Shown here piece by piece: positions 38,228 through 48,800 of a stretch of DNA of 64,000 nt; the stretch's first letter is position 1, and every line of letters starts with the position of its first letter. Source of the stretch: Gemmatimonadota bacterium (GTDB lineage Bacteria; JBHIER01; G020348925); contig CP070758.1 of assembly GCA_020348925.1 (NCBI GenBank), positions 3,425,688-3,489,687 on the forward strand, in the 5' to 3' direction. The notes beneath the pieces are model-generated. The model worked only from the letters and a program-made list of their open reading frames with translations. It did no database searches and was not told the origin of the DNA. The translations under genes and the position numbers were made by a program.

Positions 38228-39976
38228 ATGACGTGGAAACAAGCGGCACTGTTGATAGGTATTGTTGTTACGCATGTGCTCCCCGCGGCGGCTGGCGAAA
38301 GTCCCTGGCCGATGTTCCGGCATGACCGAAGCCACACCGGCCGGACCCCATACAGCGGCCCTGCGACGCCCACTCTCAAATGGATCTTCTCAGCACACGA
38401 TGGCATAGCCTCCTCGCCGACAATCGGTCAAGACGGCACCATCTATATCGGGGCCGGCTGGAATTTCCGAGGGGTGACCGACTCAAGTCTCTACGCCATT
38501 CATCCTGACGGAAGCTTGAAGTGGCGTTTCAAGGTAACGAACGGAATTTTTTCATCACCGGCCATCGGCCCGGACGGGACCCTCTACGTCGGTTCACTCG
38601 ACAGACATCTCTACGCCATCGAAGACTCCGTCACGTACGGGAAATTGCGATGGAAAACGCACCTCAATCATTGGATCTATTCATCCCCGGCTCTCGGTCC
38701 TGATGGAACCATATACGTGGGGAGCATCGATTTTCACGTCTATGCTCTTCATCCTCATGGTGCCGTGAAGTGGAACTACTTGACCGATTGGTGCGTCTTT
38801 TCCTCGCCCGCCATCGGTCCGGATGGAGAGATCTATATCGGCTCCAAGGACCACCATCTGTATGCCTTTGAGGATTCCCTGACATACGCTAACGTCAGGT
38901 GGCAGTATGCTACCGGTCAGTTCTACGACGGTCATCTTGTGGACTCCTCGCCGGCCATCGGCCCGGACGGAACCCTCTACGTCGGAACAGACCCCTACGG
39001 GGCACACGGACAAACCCCGGTGCCGGTGCGCTCCGTGTTCTTTGCCGTCAATCCCAACGGTACTCTCAAATGGGTTTTCCCTATGGACGACGGTGCCGAG
39101 TCATCACCGGCCCTTGGACCGGACGGGACAATCTACATCGGCTCATATGACGGCCATCTCTATGCCATTCGCGATGAGGGCAACAGAGGAGCCTTACAAT
39201 GGAAATTTTCGACCGGCGGCTGGATCGACGGCTGCCCGACCGTGGACGGCTGCGGTGTGATCTACGTTGGCTCGCGGGATTCGACAGTGTACGCCATCAA
39301 TCCTGACGGAACCCTCAGATGGAGTTTTTCGACGGGTGGCGAAATCGAATCCTCGCCCACCATCGACGACAGGGGGATCCTCTACATCGCCTCCTTCGAC
39401 GGAAATCTCTACGCCCTCGGGACCGGCGGACCTGATGTGGGTGTTGCTTCCATTGATCTTCCCGAAAAAATAGAAATAAGCACGGCACTCACCCCTGCGG
39501 CCACGGTCACGAATTATCGCTCTGATCCTCGAAGCTTCACCGTATCATGTCGTATTGACTCCAGCGGCCGCAGAATATATGCAGATACGGTGCGTGTCCG
39601 TGATCTGGCTGAAGGGGCATCGCAACTGGTAGCCTTCGCGCCACGGACAGTGGGGCCCGATCCGGAGACCTTCTATAATGTCACCGTCATCACCTCCCTT
39701 TCCGGTGACGGGAATTGGTACAACGACACCCTTTCGACCCAGATTGAGACAACAGAGGTCATCAGAGGTGACGTGAATGGGGACAAACAGATCGACGGTC
39801 TCGATGCGGTTCTGGCCGTGAACATACTCTTAAAGAGACACGCGCCGACCCTCTTGGAGTTTCGGGCTGCCGACTGCAACGGGCCGGCAGGAAGCTGTGC
39901 GGGCGATGGTGTCATCAATATCCTGGATACAGTCAAGATTGTGAGACTGCTTTTGGGAGTGGAGGAGTGCCCTTGA
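38228..39976 (+). CDS. Secreted PQQ-like beta-propeller repeat protein with dockerin-like domain
   Basis: Signal peptide, WPMFRHD..HTG, eight SSPAIGPDGT(I/L)Y(I/V)GS-like repeats, C-terminal GDVNGD...ADCN...GDGVINILD. Confidence 0.88.
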   Translation: MTWKQAALLIGIVVTHVLPAAAGESPWPMFRHDRSHTGRTPYSGPATPTLKWIFSAHDGIASSPTIGQDGTIYIGAGWNFRGVTDSSLYAIHPDGSLKWRFKVTNGIFSSPAIGPDGTLYVGSLDRHLYAIEDSVTYGKLRWKTHLNHWIYSSPALGPDGTIYVGSIDFHVYALHPHGAVKWNYLTDWCVFSSPAIGPDGEIYIGSKDHHLYAFEDSLTYANVRWQYATGQFYDGHLVDSSPAIGPDGTLYVGTDPYGAHGQTPVPVRSVFFAVNPNGTLKWVFPMDDGAESSPALGPDGTIYIGSYDGHLYAIRDEGNRGALQWKFSTGGWIDGCPTVDGCGVIYVGSRDSTVYAINPDGTLRWSFSTGGEIESSPTIDDRGILYIASFDGNLYALGTGGPDVGVASIDLPEKIEISTALTPAATVTNYRSDPRSFTVSCRIDSSGRRIYADTVRVRDLAEGASQLVAFAPRTVGPDPETFYNVTVITSLSGDGNWYNDTLSTQIETTEVIRGDVNGDKQIDGLDAVLAVNILLKRHAPTLLEFRAADCNGPAGSCAGDGVINILDTVKIVRLLLGVEECP

Positions 39977-40884
39977 GTCCTTTCACCGAACATCTCTTCG
40001 CATACCGGGCTGTCCAGAAGCGGAAGCTCATTCTGTCGCTTTCCATCACGTTGATGGTCATGATCGTCGAGCTCATCGGTGGTTTCTTGACCAACAGCAT
40101 TGCCTTGATCAGCGATGCGGGACATATGTTCACCCACTCTTTCGCAATCGGAATAAGTCTCATTGCCATTCTCATCGCCCGAAAACCTCCCTGCCATCAT
40201 CGAACGTTCGGACTGTACCGCGCAGAAATACTGGCCGCATTCATCAACGGTCTTTTTCTCATTCTTGTTGTGGGTGTCATACTCTATGAAGCGGTTCAGC
40301 GAATTATACATCCGGAGGAAATTCTTGCGCTCCACATGCTACTGATAGCTCTTATTGGGCTCGTAACGAATGGAGCAAGTATTTTCATCCTCCACGGCAG
40401 CCACAAAGATGATCTCAATGTCCGCAGTGTCTTCTATCACATGATTGCGGACGCAGCGTCATCCGTGGGGATCGTCATTGCCGCGATCGTCATTTCGTAC
40501 ACCGGTTGGAATATACTCGATCCTCTCGTCAGTTTTGGGATATCAGGTGTCATCGCCTACTGGGCCTTCGGCATATTGAAAGAATCGGCGCGAATCCTCC
40601 TGGAGATGGCTCCTGCTGGCTTAAATACAGACACCATCAGTGAAGATTTAAAGGTCAGCTTCCCTGAGATCAAAGAACTTCACAGTGTTCACCTCTGGAC
40701 CATTACTCCGGACATTCTCGTTTTTTCAGCTCATATAGAATTCAAGAGTTCTCAAGAGACCGGTCTCTCCTCGAAAATACTCCTATCGAAAATAAACAGA
40801 CACCTGTTCGAAACATACGGGATAAAAGAATCAACGCTCCAGACAGTCACCGAAACTGAGCCTCAGCTCTGTATTTCCGATTGA
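39967..40884 (+). CDS. Cation diffusion facilitator (CzcD/ZitB-like) transporter
   Basis: SIALISDAGHM, TFGLYRAEILAAFING, HMIADAASS, HLWTIT, STLQ. Confidence 0.92.
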   Translation: MPLSPFTEHLFAYRAVQKRKLILSLSITLMVMIVELIGGFLTNSIALISDAGHMFTHSFAIGISLIAILIARKPPCHHRTFGLYRAEILAAFINGLFLILVVGVILYEAVQRIIHPEEILALHMLLIALIGLVTNGASIFILHGSHKDDLNVRSVFYHMIADAASSVGIVIAAIVISYTGWNILDPLVSFGISGVIAYWAFGILKESARILLEMAPAGLNTDTISEDLKVSFPEIKELHSVHLWTITPDILVFSAHIEFKSSQETGLSSKILLSKINRHLFETYGIKESTLQTVTETEPQLCISD

Positions 40885-41036
40885 CGTTGTGTGTCAAGTC
40901 CAATGCACTGTTGAAGTGCTCGGGATACATATGAGGGTCTTTTTATTGGCGTCATCCATTAAAGAATAACCGCACACCCTCAAGGTATCATCTCCACACC
41001 CAAGGGAATTCTCGAAAATGCAATTGTAAAAAAAGC

Positions 41037-41065
41037 TTGACAGCGAATCCTGATAGTACTATTCT
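41037..41065 (+). promoter_or_regulatory. Sigma70-type promoter
   Basis: TTGACA-17 bp-TATTCT. Confidence 0.5.
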
Positions 41066-41338
41066 TGAATAGAAGAAAACATCCCATAACTTCCCATATA
41101 CCAGGAAGCTCTTTAACTGGAACTTTCGGAAATCCATTGCGCAAAGTCTGCGAACATATGGCGTAAATGTGAGACCTTTACAGTTAAAATCATGGTATTC
41201 ATAAAGAATGCTTCCGGTGAAACTAATTATTTTCTTTCAAAAATTGAATTTTGCCTGTTGAGGGAACAATGTTTCAACGTAAAATGTGAGAAGGGAGTGA
41301 CGAACGTGAACGGTCACCACATTCTCTGGGAATGAAAG

Positions 41339-41744
41339 ATGTTGCTGATTTTATGCCTCTCTATTATTGCAGTCTTTTTGGTTGCAATGACCACTTCTGA
41401 AGGTCTGGCTCAAACTGAGGCTGCACTTTCATACTCAGAATTTCTCCTTATGCCGGGCCAATGGAATGGGACAGGCCTTCGTGGCCTTGAGCGATCAAGA
41501 ATCTCCTTATTACAATCCAGCGGGCTTGGGATTGTTTGCTCTCGACCATTACGGATCCTTGACATTCTTTCCTGTAAAGGTCAATTGGTTGCCCGCTTTT
41601 GCCAGTGATTTCAAGTTACATCACTGGGCGGTAAATGTTGGATACAATCTCAGACATACAAAGTTTCGTCTGTCTGTGAGCATAGGTTTAGGGTACTATC
41701 ACATCACAATGGATTGTGGAGAACAAGTGGCTTATGATGGGTGA
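41339..41744 (+). pseudogene. Frameshifted, truncated PorV-like gene
   Basis: Signal peptide + FLLMPG in one frame; ANGMGQAFVAL...YYNPAGLG...WLP in another frame from about 41457; ends at TGA 41742-41744. Confidence 0.75.
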
Positions 41745-41751
41745 GGGAGAG

Positions 41752-41892
41752 ATGAGGCGCAATGACAAACAACCCACAAAAGAGACTTTTTCTATGGTTC
41801 GAGATTCGAATTTGCCTTCAATGGAAAAGGATCGTCGATTGCTTGTAATAATAAAAGAGTTGGTGAATGATTATTTAAACTTGGAGGGTTAG
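41752..41892 (+). CDS. Small hypothetical protein (46 aa, below ORF-track cutoff)
   Basis: GAGGGAG RBS; MRRNDKQPTKETFSMVRDSNLPSMEKDRRLLVIIKELVNDYLNLEG; resembles the next ORF. Confidence 0.45.
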   Translation: MRRNDKQPTKETFSMVRDSNLPSMEKDRRLLVIIKELVNDYLNLEG

Positions 41893-41915
41893 GTGGATTT
41901 CAAAAAGGAGGGGAT

Positions 41916-42104
41916 ATGCCGTGTTCATTTTGGAACGACAAAAAGGGAGAAAAGGTTATTACTTGCCAATATTGCACTTACAGCCCTACAAAGGCACACG
42001 AAAAAAGATTTCTGGAATTGTTGGAGGAGTTAATCCGTGAATATTTGAACTCTAAAAAATCAGGAGGGGGGGCAGCACGACCACCCGAAGGAGGTGATGA
42101 GTAG
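41916..42104 (+). CDS. Small hypothetical protein (62 aa)
   Basis: AAAGGAGG RBS; CQYC plus amphipathic helix EKRFLELLEELIREYLN. Confidence 0.55.
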   Translation: MPCSFWNDKKGEKVITCQYCTYSPTKAHEKRFLELLEELIREYLNSKKSGGGAARPPEGGDE

Positions 42105-42156
42105 TTAAAAAGTGGATTCCCCTGTAATTTATCACCCGTAACAAAGGAGTGATGAT

Positions 42157-42423
42157 ATGTCGCACGAGCTCACCCCGGAGGATCGTCGACGCATTTATGA
42201 AGAGGAAAAAACGCGATCAGAAGCTCAGGACCTCGTCAAACAACAAAAAAAGAAATTTCCTTTTGTTCGGTACATCTTTTTTGGTATCATCTTCTCTATT
42301 GTTATTGCTGCTGTATCTAATAACCCGGCTCATTCCCCTTACATATTCGTCGCCTGGTTGATCCTTTTTCCTCTTGTATGGCGATATAACAAACGACATC
42401 TCGCTAAAAAGGGCCTCAGCTGA
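42157..42423 (+). CDS. Small hypothetical membrane protein
   Basis: AAGGAG RBS; LTPEDRRRIYEEEK followed by two TM segments. Confidence 0.7.
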   Translation: MSHELTPEDRRRIYEEEKTRSEAQDLVKQQKKKFPFVRYIFFGIIFSIVIAAVSNNPAHSPYIFVAWLILFPLVWRYNKRHLAKKGLS

Positions 42424-42475
42424 GCATATAAATGCTCTTCGTTAGATCTACAATTATTTCTCCCGAGCTGAAGCA

Positions 42476-42518
42476 AAGAGGGGCGCTGTGCTACATATTA
42501 GCGCCCCCTCTTCTTTTT
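42476..42518 (+). terminator. Rho-independent terminator
   Basis: AAGAGGGGCGCT...AGCGCCCCCTCTT stem followed by a T-rich tract. Confidence 0.7.
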
Positions 42519-42838
42519 ATTCTACCTCCCTGGTTCAATATATTAAATCATTTGAAATACTCTTTTAAAAGTCATTTTCACGCTTTTTAAAAATCCCTAA
42601 AACCATTTACAATTCTCCTCTATTTTCCCGCATTTTCCTTAAAATACCATATATTCTCTATCGTTTTGTACTTTATTATCTTATGTTTATTCCTCTATTC
42701 CTTAAACCATCCACCCCCCCTTAAACAATTCTTCGCAATGATCGGATTAAGAATAACACTCGCTCTATCGCTGTCTGAAACGATGATGTCAAATTTTAAT
42801 ATTAATTAATAAAATTTATGTGAAACATAAAATATTCA

Positions 42839-42867
42839 TTGACATATTTAAAATAATTCTCTATATT
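42839..42867 (+). promoter_or_regulatory. Sigma70-type promoter
   Basis: TTGACA-17 bp-TATATT upstream of the XRE gene. Confidence 0.6.
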
Positions 42868-42923
42868 ATTTTCCACGACGAGTTCAGGAATAGAGGTCGC
42901 ACTTCATAATTTTTGAGGTTCCT

Positions 42924-43136
42924 ATGGCCATAGAAATTCGACTCGATATGATGCTGGCGAAGCGGAAGATGCCTCTGACGGAATTATCGAACAGAATCGG
43001 CATTTCGATGACGAACCTTTCGTTGCTTAAAACCGGCAAAGTGAAGGGAATCCGATTCAGCACCCTCGAGGCAATCTGCCGGGAGCTGGACTGTCAGCCC
43101 GGTGACATACTCGAATACATTCCCGATTACGTCTAA
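42924..43136 (+). CDS. XRE/Cro-C1 family HTH regulator (YozG-like)
   Basis: LDMMLAKRKM, NLSLLKTGKVKGIRFSTLEAICRELDCQPGDILEY. Confidence 0.93.
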   Translation: MAIEIRLDMMLAKRKMPLTELSNRIGISMTNLSLLKTGKVKGIRFSTLEAICRELDCQPGDILEYIPDYV

Positions 43137-43189
43137 CGACATGATTATTGCTTTAAGAATAATTCTTTGAGGCTGAGGAGATCAAAGAC

Positions 43190-43792
43190 ATGAGCGGCAG
43201 AAAATATTCAGTAGCAGGCTGGCTGGCCATAGCAGGCGCTTTTCTATTTCCCATGGCATTTTTCATCGGTATCATCCACGATATCATTGCCAAATCACAA
43301 TTCCACTATCATGGGCCCAATTTTGGCCCCAGCGACATGCTCTTTATCCTCTTTACCGGGATTTCAGCGTACACGCTGAGCGTGTTCCGAGACCTCCTCA
43401 ATGAACGCTACAACACCCATGAGCTCGACATGGTCATCAATATTGCCATAGGGTGGATTATCGTTTTTCAGGTATTCAGTCTGTGCCTCAAAGGCATTTT
43501 CATGACACTCTGGCCGGTCTCGAAAGAGAGTATGACTATCACCTACCTCTGCTTCATGGCTGTGGCAATGGTGATCATAGGTATTGTGGACATTCTGATC
43601 GCCGTCAAACTGCTTAAAGTTGGCACCGGTCACAACGAACTGTTGAAGGCGTATGCTTACATTAATCTTGTTGCAGGAGCTTTGGAGGTGTCCGTCTTTC
43701 TATCACCCTTGGCAATAATTCTGGTTCCGGTATCAAGTGTCACCCTCGGCATGATCCTCCTGCGGGAGAAAGAGGGCGTGGAATTTGTTTGA
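43190..43792 (+). CDS. Hypothetical integral membrane protein
   Basis: GAGGAG RBS; about six hydrophobic segments; follows the XRE gene. Confidence 0.8.
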   Translation: MSGRKYSVAGWLAIAGAFLFPMAFFIGIIHDIIAKSQFHYHGPNFGPSDMLFILFTGISAYTLSVFRDLLNERYNTHELDMVINIAIGWIIVFQVFSLCLKGIFMTLWPVSKESMTITYLCFMAVAMVIIGIVDILIAVKLLKVGTGHNELLKAYAYINLVAGALEVSVFLSPLAIILVPVSSVTLGMILLREKEGVEFV

Positions 43793-43988
43793 TATAGTCA
43801 CCCTTAATAACAAACGAAATCATATTCATTCACCGTCAAGCAGTCTGTAGAATTACTGGCCTACATAGTATTACGAATGCATATGGTGCCCACAGCCTTG
43901 TCTTGCGATGCCTCAGACACTCAACCTTGGAATTGAATCTTTTGTCACCGAAAAGGGACCAATACATAGTGGTCAGGACAACGTGAAA

Positions 43989-45071
43989 ATGCGACGTTAC
44001 AATAATTGGGCGATTACTACGAAGTCAGTGAAATCGTTTATGTTCTGGATCTTGTTTTTGCTGCTCCTTTCATGTTCATTTCCAAAACATGTCCCTCATA
44101 TGAGAGAAGAACTTGTCTTCCACTCGGGTCGATTTACATTGGCAGGGGAATTGAGAGCACCTGAGGTTGAGGGCAAGAGCCCAGTCATCATATTCGTACA
44201 CGGGGATGGACCCAACGACCGGACGAGCTACGGCACGTATCTGCCCATTATGAGCCGTTTCCTTCGAGCCGGTTATGCCTGTTTCTCCTGGGACAAGCCC
44301 GGAACTGGCAAATCCACAGGAGAGATTGATAGGGACCGGTTGCGGTATGAGCGGGCTGAAATCCTGGTGGATGCCATCGAGATGTTGAAAAAACATCCAT
44401 CAATCGATTCCGCGAGAATCGGCCTCTGGGGGATCAGTCAGGCTGGTTACGTCATGCCTCAGGCATTCACCATGACCGATGCCATTTCATTTATGATCGC
44501 CGTCAGCTGTCCCGGCATGAGTGGTATCAATCAAACGGCATACTTGATCCGGAAACAACTGCTGTGCGAGGGCAGTTCCGAAAATGAAGCCCGGCAGGCT
44601 GAAAAGCATTTTGCCGGACTGTTCACGGCACGGACCTATCAGGAATATCTGCAACACGCACAACCGCTCGTGGAAAATCCAATCGTACAGAAAATGAAAT
44701 TCGTCACAGACATTCGGCCGGAAGAGGAGTGGAAACCCCACGATCTCGAAGGAGAAGGATTTTTCAACCCAATGGAAATTATTGAAATCACCACCATTCC
44801 TGTTTTGGCCTTTTTCGGTGAAAAGGACACGCAGGTAGATCCACTGCAGGGAGTCGAGGCTTACAAGAAAGCACTCGAAAAAGCTGGAAATCAGAACTTT
44901 CGGATTGAGCTCATTCCCAACACAGATCATAACATCATCCAGTGCAAAACCGGTTGTTTGAGTGAAAGAGACAGAAGAAGCTCAGGAGGATGGAAGAACT
45001 ACGCCCCTGAATACCTCGATATTATGGAGGAATGGTTGAGACAATTATCAAAGGCAGTGGAGGATGCATAG
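43989..45071 (+). CDS. Alpha/beta hydrolase (possible lipoprotein)
   Basis: VHGDG, WDKPGTGKS, nucleophile WGISQAG, GEKDTQV, TDH; LLSC lipobox; start uncertain. Confidence 0.87.
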   Translation: MRRYNNWAITTKSVKSFMFWILFLLLLSCSFPKHVPHMREELVFHSGRFTLAGELRAPEVEGKSPVIIFVHGDGPNDRTSYGTYLPIMSRFLRAGYACFSWDKPGTGKSTGEIDRDRLRYERAEILVDAIEMLKKHPSIDSARIGLWGISQAGYVMPQAFTMTDAISFMIAVSCPGMSGINQTAYLIRKQLLCEGSSENEARQAEKHFAGLFTARTYQEYLQHAQPLVENPIVQKMKFVTDIRPEEEWKPHDLEGEGFFNPMEIIEITTIPVLAFFGEKDTQVDPLQGVEAYKKALEKAGNQNFRIELIPNTDHNIIQCKTGCLSERDRRSSGGWKNYAPEYLDIMEEWLRQLSKAVEDA

Positions 45072-45117
45072 TCAAAGAAAGCCGTACTCTGTTGATTTGT
45101 TGTACTATGCGTAAATA

Positions 45118-45215
45118 TCATTCTGAGGAACAGTGTGACGAAGAATCTCTGCTTGCATCATTACGAAAGCATGATCCCTGAGATCCTTCGCTTCCTTGCG
45201 TCGCTCAGAATGACA
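45118..45215. repeat. Palindromic interspersed element, diverged copy 3
   Basis: TCATTCTGAG...CGAAGAATCT...AGATCCTTCG...CTCAGAATGA; same arms as 22736 and 26174. Confidence 0.8.
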
Positions 45216-45273
45216 GGAATCAAAGTTTTGCTGAACAGCTGCAAAATGATGAGAGAAAATAAGAAAGAATTGG

Positions 45274-45308
45274 TCCCCTCCTTTCGTAAAAAGGAGGGTT
45301 AGGGAGGA
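45274..45308. repeat. Half copy of a CCCCTCCTT...AAGGAGGG-TTAGGGAGG palindromic element
   Basis: Hairpin CCCTCCTTT-CGTAA-AAAGGAGGG followed by TTAGGGAGG. Confidence 0.45.
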
Positions 45309-45390
45309 TTGATGAAATTGTAATATCTATCAAAAAGAGTCAAGACGTATGATATGAACACCGTATCCATACCGAAATGAAGGAGGAACA

Positions 45391-46326
45391 ATGAACATAG
45401 CGTATATAAACCCATTATCTCGCGCATGGGGCCGAATGACAAAGGCTCTTTTTAAGCCTTTCGATATACACAAGTGGCTCGTCGTAGGATTCACCGCTTT
45501 TCTGGCCGGGCTGACGGATTGGACCGGAGAGGGTGGATCAGGGGGTGATGGCAGGGGAGATGCCGATGTTGAGGATGTCCTCAACTTCCCGCTTGTCGCT
45601 TGGGATTGGCTTCTGGATCATCCCGGATGGTTCACCCTCATCCTTTTCGGTTTCATATTTGTTATTGTTCTCGGGATCCTGTTAACGTGGCTCAGTTCGA
45701 GAGGGAAGTTTATGTTTCTCGACAACGTGGTTCATGATCGTGCACAGGTCGTCAAGCCGTGGTATGAATTCAGAGGATTAGGGAACTCACTGTTTGTCTG
45801 GCGCCTCTGTTTCGGCGTCATCTGCTTTATCGTTTTCATGGCGTTCCTGGTCTTCAGCTTCTTCGTTTTCCATCATCTCTACGAGAGCTATTTCCCTCTT
45901 TGGACGACTGCCCTGTCCACTCTTGGATTGGCCGTGCTGGCTCTCTCGCTGATCGTCACCGCTGCATACGTCGCACTCTTTCTGAACGACTTCGTGGTCC
46001 CTATCATGTATAAGAACAACGTGACCGTCATCCCCGCCTGGGGCCGATTCCTCCAGCTCTTCGGCCGTCATCTGCTGCACTTTCTACTCTACGGAATCCT
46101 TGTCCTCTTTTTTTACGTGTCAGTCATCATCTGCGTTATCCTTGCCGGCCTCATGACCTGTTGTATCGGTTTCATATTTCTGATTATTCCCTACATAAAC
46201 TCCGTCATCACATTACCCATCTCCTATACGTTCAGGGCCTTCAGCTTGGAGTTCCTGGAGCAATTCGGGCCGGAATTTTCAATATTTCCCCAACCCGATG
46301 AGACTGTGCCCAGGACACAAACATAA
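45391..46326 (+). CDS. Conserved hypothetical membrane protein
   Basis: AAGGAGG RBS; KWLVVGFTAFLA, SRGKFMFLD, DFVVPIMY, TCCIG; several TMs. Confidence 0.85.
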   Translation: MNIAYINPLSRAWGRMTKALFKPFDIHKWLVVGFTAFLAGLTDWTGEGGSGGDGRGDADVEDVLNFPLVAWDWLLDHPGWFTLILFGFIFVIVLGILLTWLSSRGKFMFLDNVVHDRAQVVKPWYEFRGLGNSLFVWRLCFGVICFIVFMAFLVFSFFVFHHLYESYFPLWTTALSTLGLAVLALSLIVTAAYVALFLNDFVVPIMYKNNVTVIPAWGRFLQLFGRHLLHFLLYGILVLFFYVSVIICVILAGLMTCCIGFIFLIIPYINSVITLPISYTFRAFSLEFLEQFGPEFSIFPQPDETVPRTQT

Positions 46327-46422
46327 TCCGACAATGCAGGGATGAAACATTAACAACAACAGCGCAGTCCTATAGTCTAAGAAAAAAGATCAGAACCGGC
46401 CGTACAATGAAAGGATGAAGCC

Positions 46423-48657
46423 TTGAAAAGGAAAGCCCATCACTGTTGTCTACTCTTTCTTCTCACCGCGCTCACCTGGGGTGCAGTTCAAGGGCAATAC
46501 GGAACACTATATTACGATGGATTCGAAAGAACGTACATCCTGCATTGTCCTCCATCCTACGACGGCTCGTCGGCCGTCCCCCTCATCATCGGCCTGCACG
46601 GCGGTGGCAGTTCTGGTTCTTCTTTCGAGAGCATTACGGAATGGAGTCTCAAAACCGATCTCGAAGGATGCATCGCCGTCTATCCCTTTGGCGTCAACGG
46701 CGGGTGGAATTACGGGGGATTTTACGATTCGAATATCGACGATGTCGGATTCATCTCCACGCTCATTGATACTCTTTCGAGTGAATATGCCCTTGATCTG
46801 AGACGCATTTATGTCACAGGCTTCTCCGCGGGAGCACTCATGTCCTACCGCCTGGCTGCGGAACTGTCCGAAAAAATCGCCGCCATCGCACCTGTGGCCG
46901 GTCAGATGGTCTTGGAAGAGATCAATCCGAGTCGGCCGGTCCCGATCATCCATTTCCAGGATGTAGACGATCCGAGAGTACCTTTCGAAGGTGACGATGA
47001 TTTTCCATCGGTCGCATCGGTCATCAACACCTGGATCGAAATAAACGGGTGCGACCCGGATCCTGATACCATTTATAATCAGAACGGCATACTCGGAACG
47101 AAATGGTCCGCGATTTCCACGCGGGCGGACATCATATTATTTACCCTCACAAGAGGTGGACACTACTGGCCCAAAAGGGATATCTATGCAAACGATTTCA
47201 TGTGGGATTTTTTTATCGCGCATCCGATTATGACTGATGCTCCCTCCCCCTATTTTCAGGCCGAGCGAAGAACAGGACACGCGCCATTGGACGTTCAATT
47301 TACGGATATGACGGTGACGCTGCATCCTCTCAGGGCCTGGACGTGGGACTTCGATCATGATAACATCACCGATTCCAACGAACAGTATCCTTTTTGGACT
47401 TACGAGGAACCGGGGACGTACACCGTGAGCCTGGAGGTCTCGAGCGATGCCCTCTCAGGGACCGTAACACGGCAGAGATATATTCAAGTTTTCAACGGTG
47501 AAAGTGCGGTCCTGTTCAACGGTGTGAACAGTTACGTTTCCTGTTCCTCCTCACAACATCTGAATCTTACCGATAATTTTTCATTGGAAGCGTGGATATA
47601 TCCCACCGGCTGGGGTGAATTTCCGACCATCGGATTCGCCAGAGTGATCGAAAAGGGAACGATCTCCGTCTGTCTTGTTGATTCGTTTCCTCCCTGTCAT
47701 AATCACAGCCTGCTCCTCATACTCATGCATGAGGATGGAGTGATGAGTTATTCCAATGCGCCTCAAGGTTCGATTGTACTAAACCAATGGCAGCATATCG
47801 CAGTAACATACAATGGGTACGACTGCGTCACAATATACAGAAACGGCCTTGAACAGGATGTCACATATCCTGTGCCCCCCACCGGTGCCATCAAAGAGAA
47901 CACGGACGTTGATCTCTATATAGGCAATTCTCCCGATCTCGGGGGGTCTTTCGAAGGGCACATCGATGAAATTCGAATCTGGAATCATGAACGAACTCAA
48001 GAGGACATTCAAAAAAACACGAACCACCGTCTGTGCGGCAGTGAAAGCGGGTTGGTGGGATACTGGAATATGGACGAGGGGAACGGAGAGAGGGTCTCTG
48101 ATAATTCTCTCCATGGCAATGATGGGACAGCAGTCAATGTGACCTGGAGTGAAGGCATTCATCATGAATCGCCGAGAGACAGCGACGGAGACGAAATCTT
48201 TGATTGCAGCGACAATTGCCCTCAGGATTTTAATACTGATCAAGGGGATGAGGATGAGGATGGTGCAGGCGATGTCTGCGACAATTGCCCTGAACTCATG
48301 AATCCCGATCAAACGGATAGAGATACTGACGGAACCGGCGATGCCTGCGATTCGTGTACCGACACCGACGGCGATGGATATGGTGATCCGGACTATGCAG
48401 CCAATACGTGTGACGAGGATAATTGCCCACATGTCTCCAATCAGGATCAGGCACCGGTTGAAAGAGGGGATATCGATTGTATTGATGGCGTTGACGTACT
48501 CGACGTCCTATCGGTCGTCAACCACATATTAGGGAATACCCCCTTGATAGGAAGCCCCATCGACCGGGCCGACTGTACAGGCGACGGACAGGTCGATATC
48601 ACGGATGTCGTGGGCATAGTTAACGTCATACTGGGAACGGGAACATGCGCACCGTGA
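46423..48657 (+). CDS. Secreted PHB-depolymerase/LpqC-like esterase with PKD, LamG, TSP3-like repeats and dockerin-like domain
   Basis: GLHGGG, DDVGFI, RIYVTGFSAGA, GGHYWP; PKD (APLDVQFTD, YEEPGTYTVSL); LamG (WQHIAVT, FEGHIDEIRIWN); DNCP..N.DQ.D.D.DG.GD.CD repeats; dockerin. Confidence 0.88.
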   Translation: MKRKAHHCCLLFLLTALTWGAVQGQYGTLYYDGFERTYILHCPPSYDGSSAVPLIIGLHGGGSSGSSFESITEWSLKTDLEGCIAVYPFGVNGGWNYGGFYDSNIDDVGFISTLIDTLSSEYALDLRRIYVTGFSAGALMSYRLAAELSEKIAAIAPVAGQMVLEEINPSRPVPIIHFQDVDDPRVPFEGDDDFPSVASVINTWIEINGCDPDPDTIYNQNGILGTKWSAISTRADIILFTLTRGGHYWPKRDIYANDFMWDFFIAHPIMTDAPSPYFQAERRTGHAPLDVQFTDMTVTLHPLRAWTWDFDHDNITDSNEQYPFWTYEEPGTYTVSLEVSSDALSGTVTRQRYIQVFNGESAVLFNGVNSYVSCSSSQHLNLTDNFSLEAWIYPTGWGEFPTIGFARVIEKGTISVCLVDSFPPCHNHSLLLILMHEDGVMSYSNAPQGSIVLNQWQHIAVTYNGYDCVTIYRNGLEQDVTYPVPPTGAIKENTDVDLYIGNSPDLGGSFEGHIDEIRIWNHERTQEDIQKNTNHRLCGSESGLVGYWNMDEGNGERVSDNSLHGNDGTAVNVTWSEGIHHESPRDSDGDEIFDCSDNCPQDFNTDQGDEDEDGAGDVCDNCPELMNPDQTDRDTDGTGDACDSCTDTDGDGYGDPDYAANTCDEDNCPHVSNQDQAPVERGDIDCIDGVDVLDVLSVVNHILGNTPLIGSPIDRADCTGDGQVDITDVVGIVNVILGTGTCAP

Positions 48658-48800
48658 TATACTGCACCTCTGAAACAGTGGGTTTCTTTCAATAGAAAAT
48701 ACAGAAAAAGTGGCATCAAAAAAAAGATCCATACGAATTCAAGATATCACTCCGGCCCCGTGCCAAAATCTCCTTTTCGTTGCCGAGAGGATTGTAAAAA

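Noticed and set aside
38400-39420. DNA-level tandem repeats (CCGGCCATCGGCCCGGACGG...)
   Set aside because: Explained by the coding propeller-blade repeats.
42500-42900. Very AT-rich stretch as a replication origin
   Set aside because: No clustered DnaA boxes or iterons seen; adequately explained as terminator plus promoter region.
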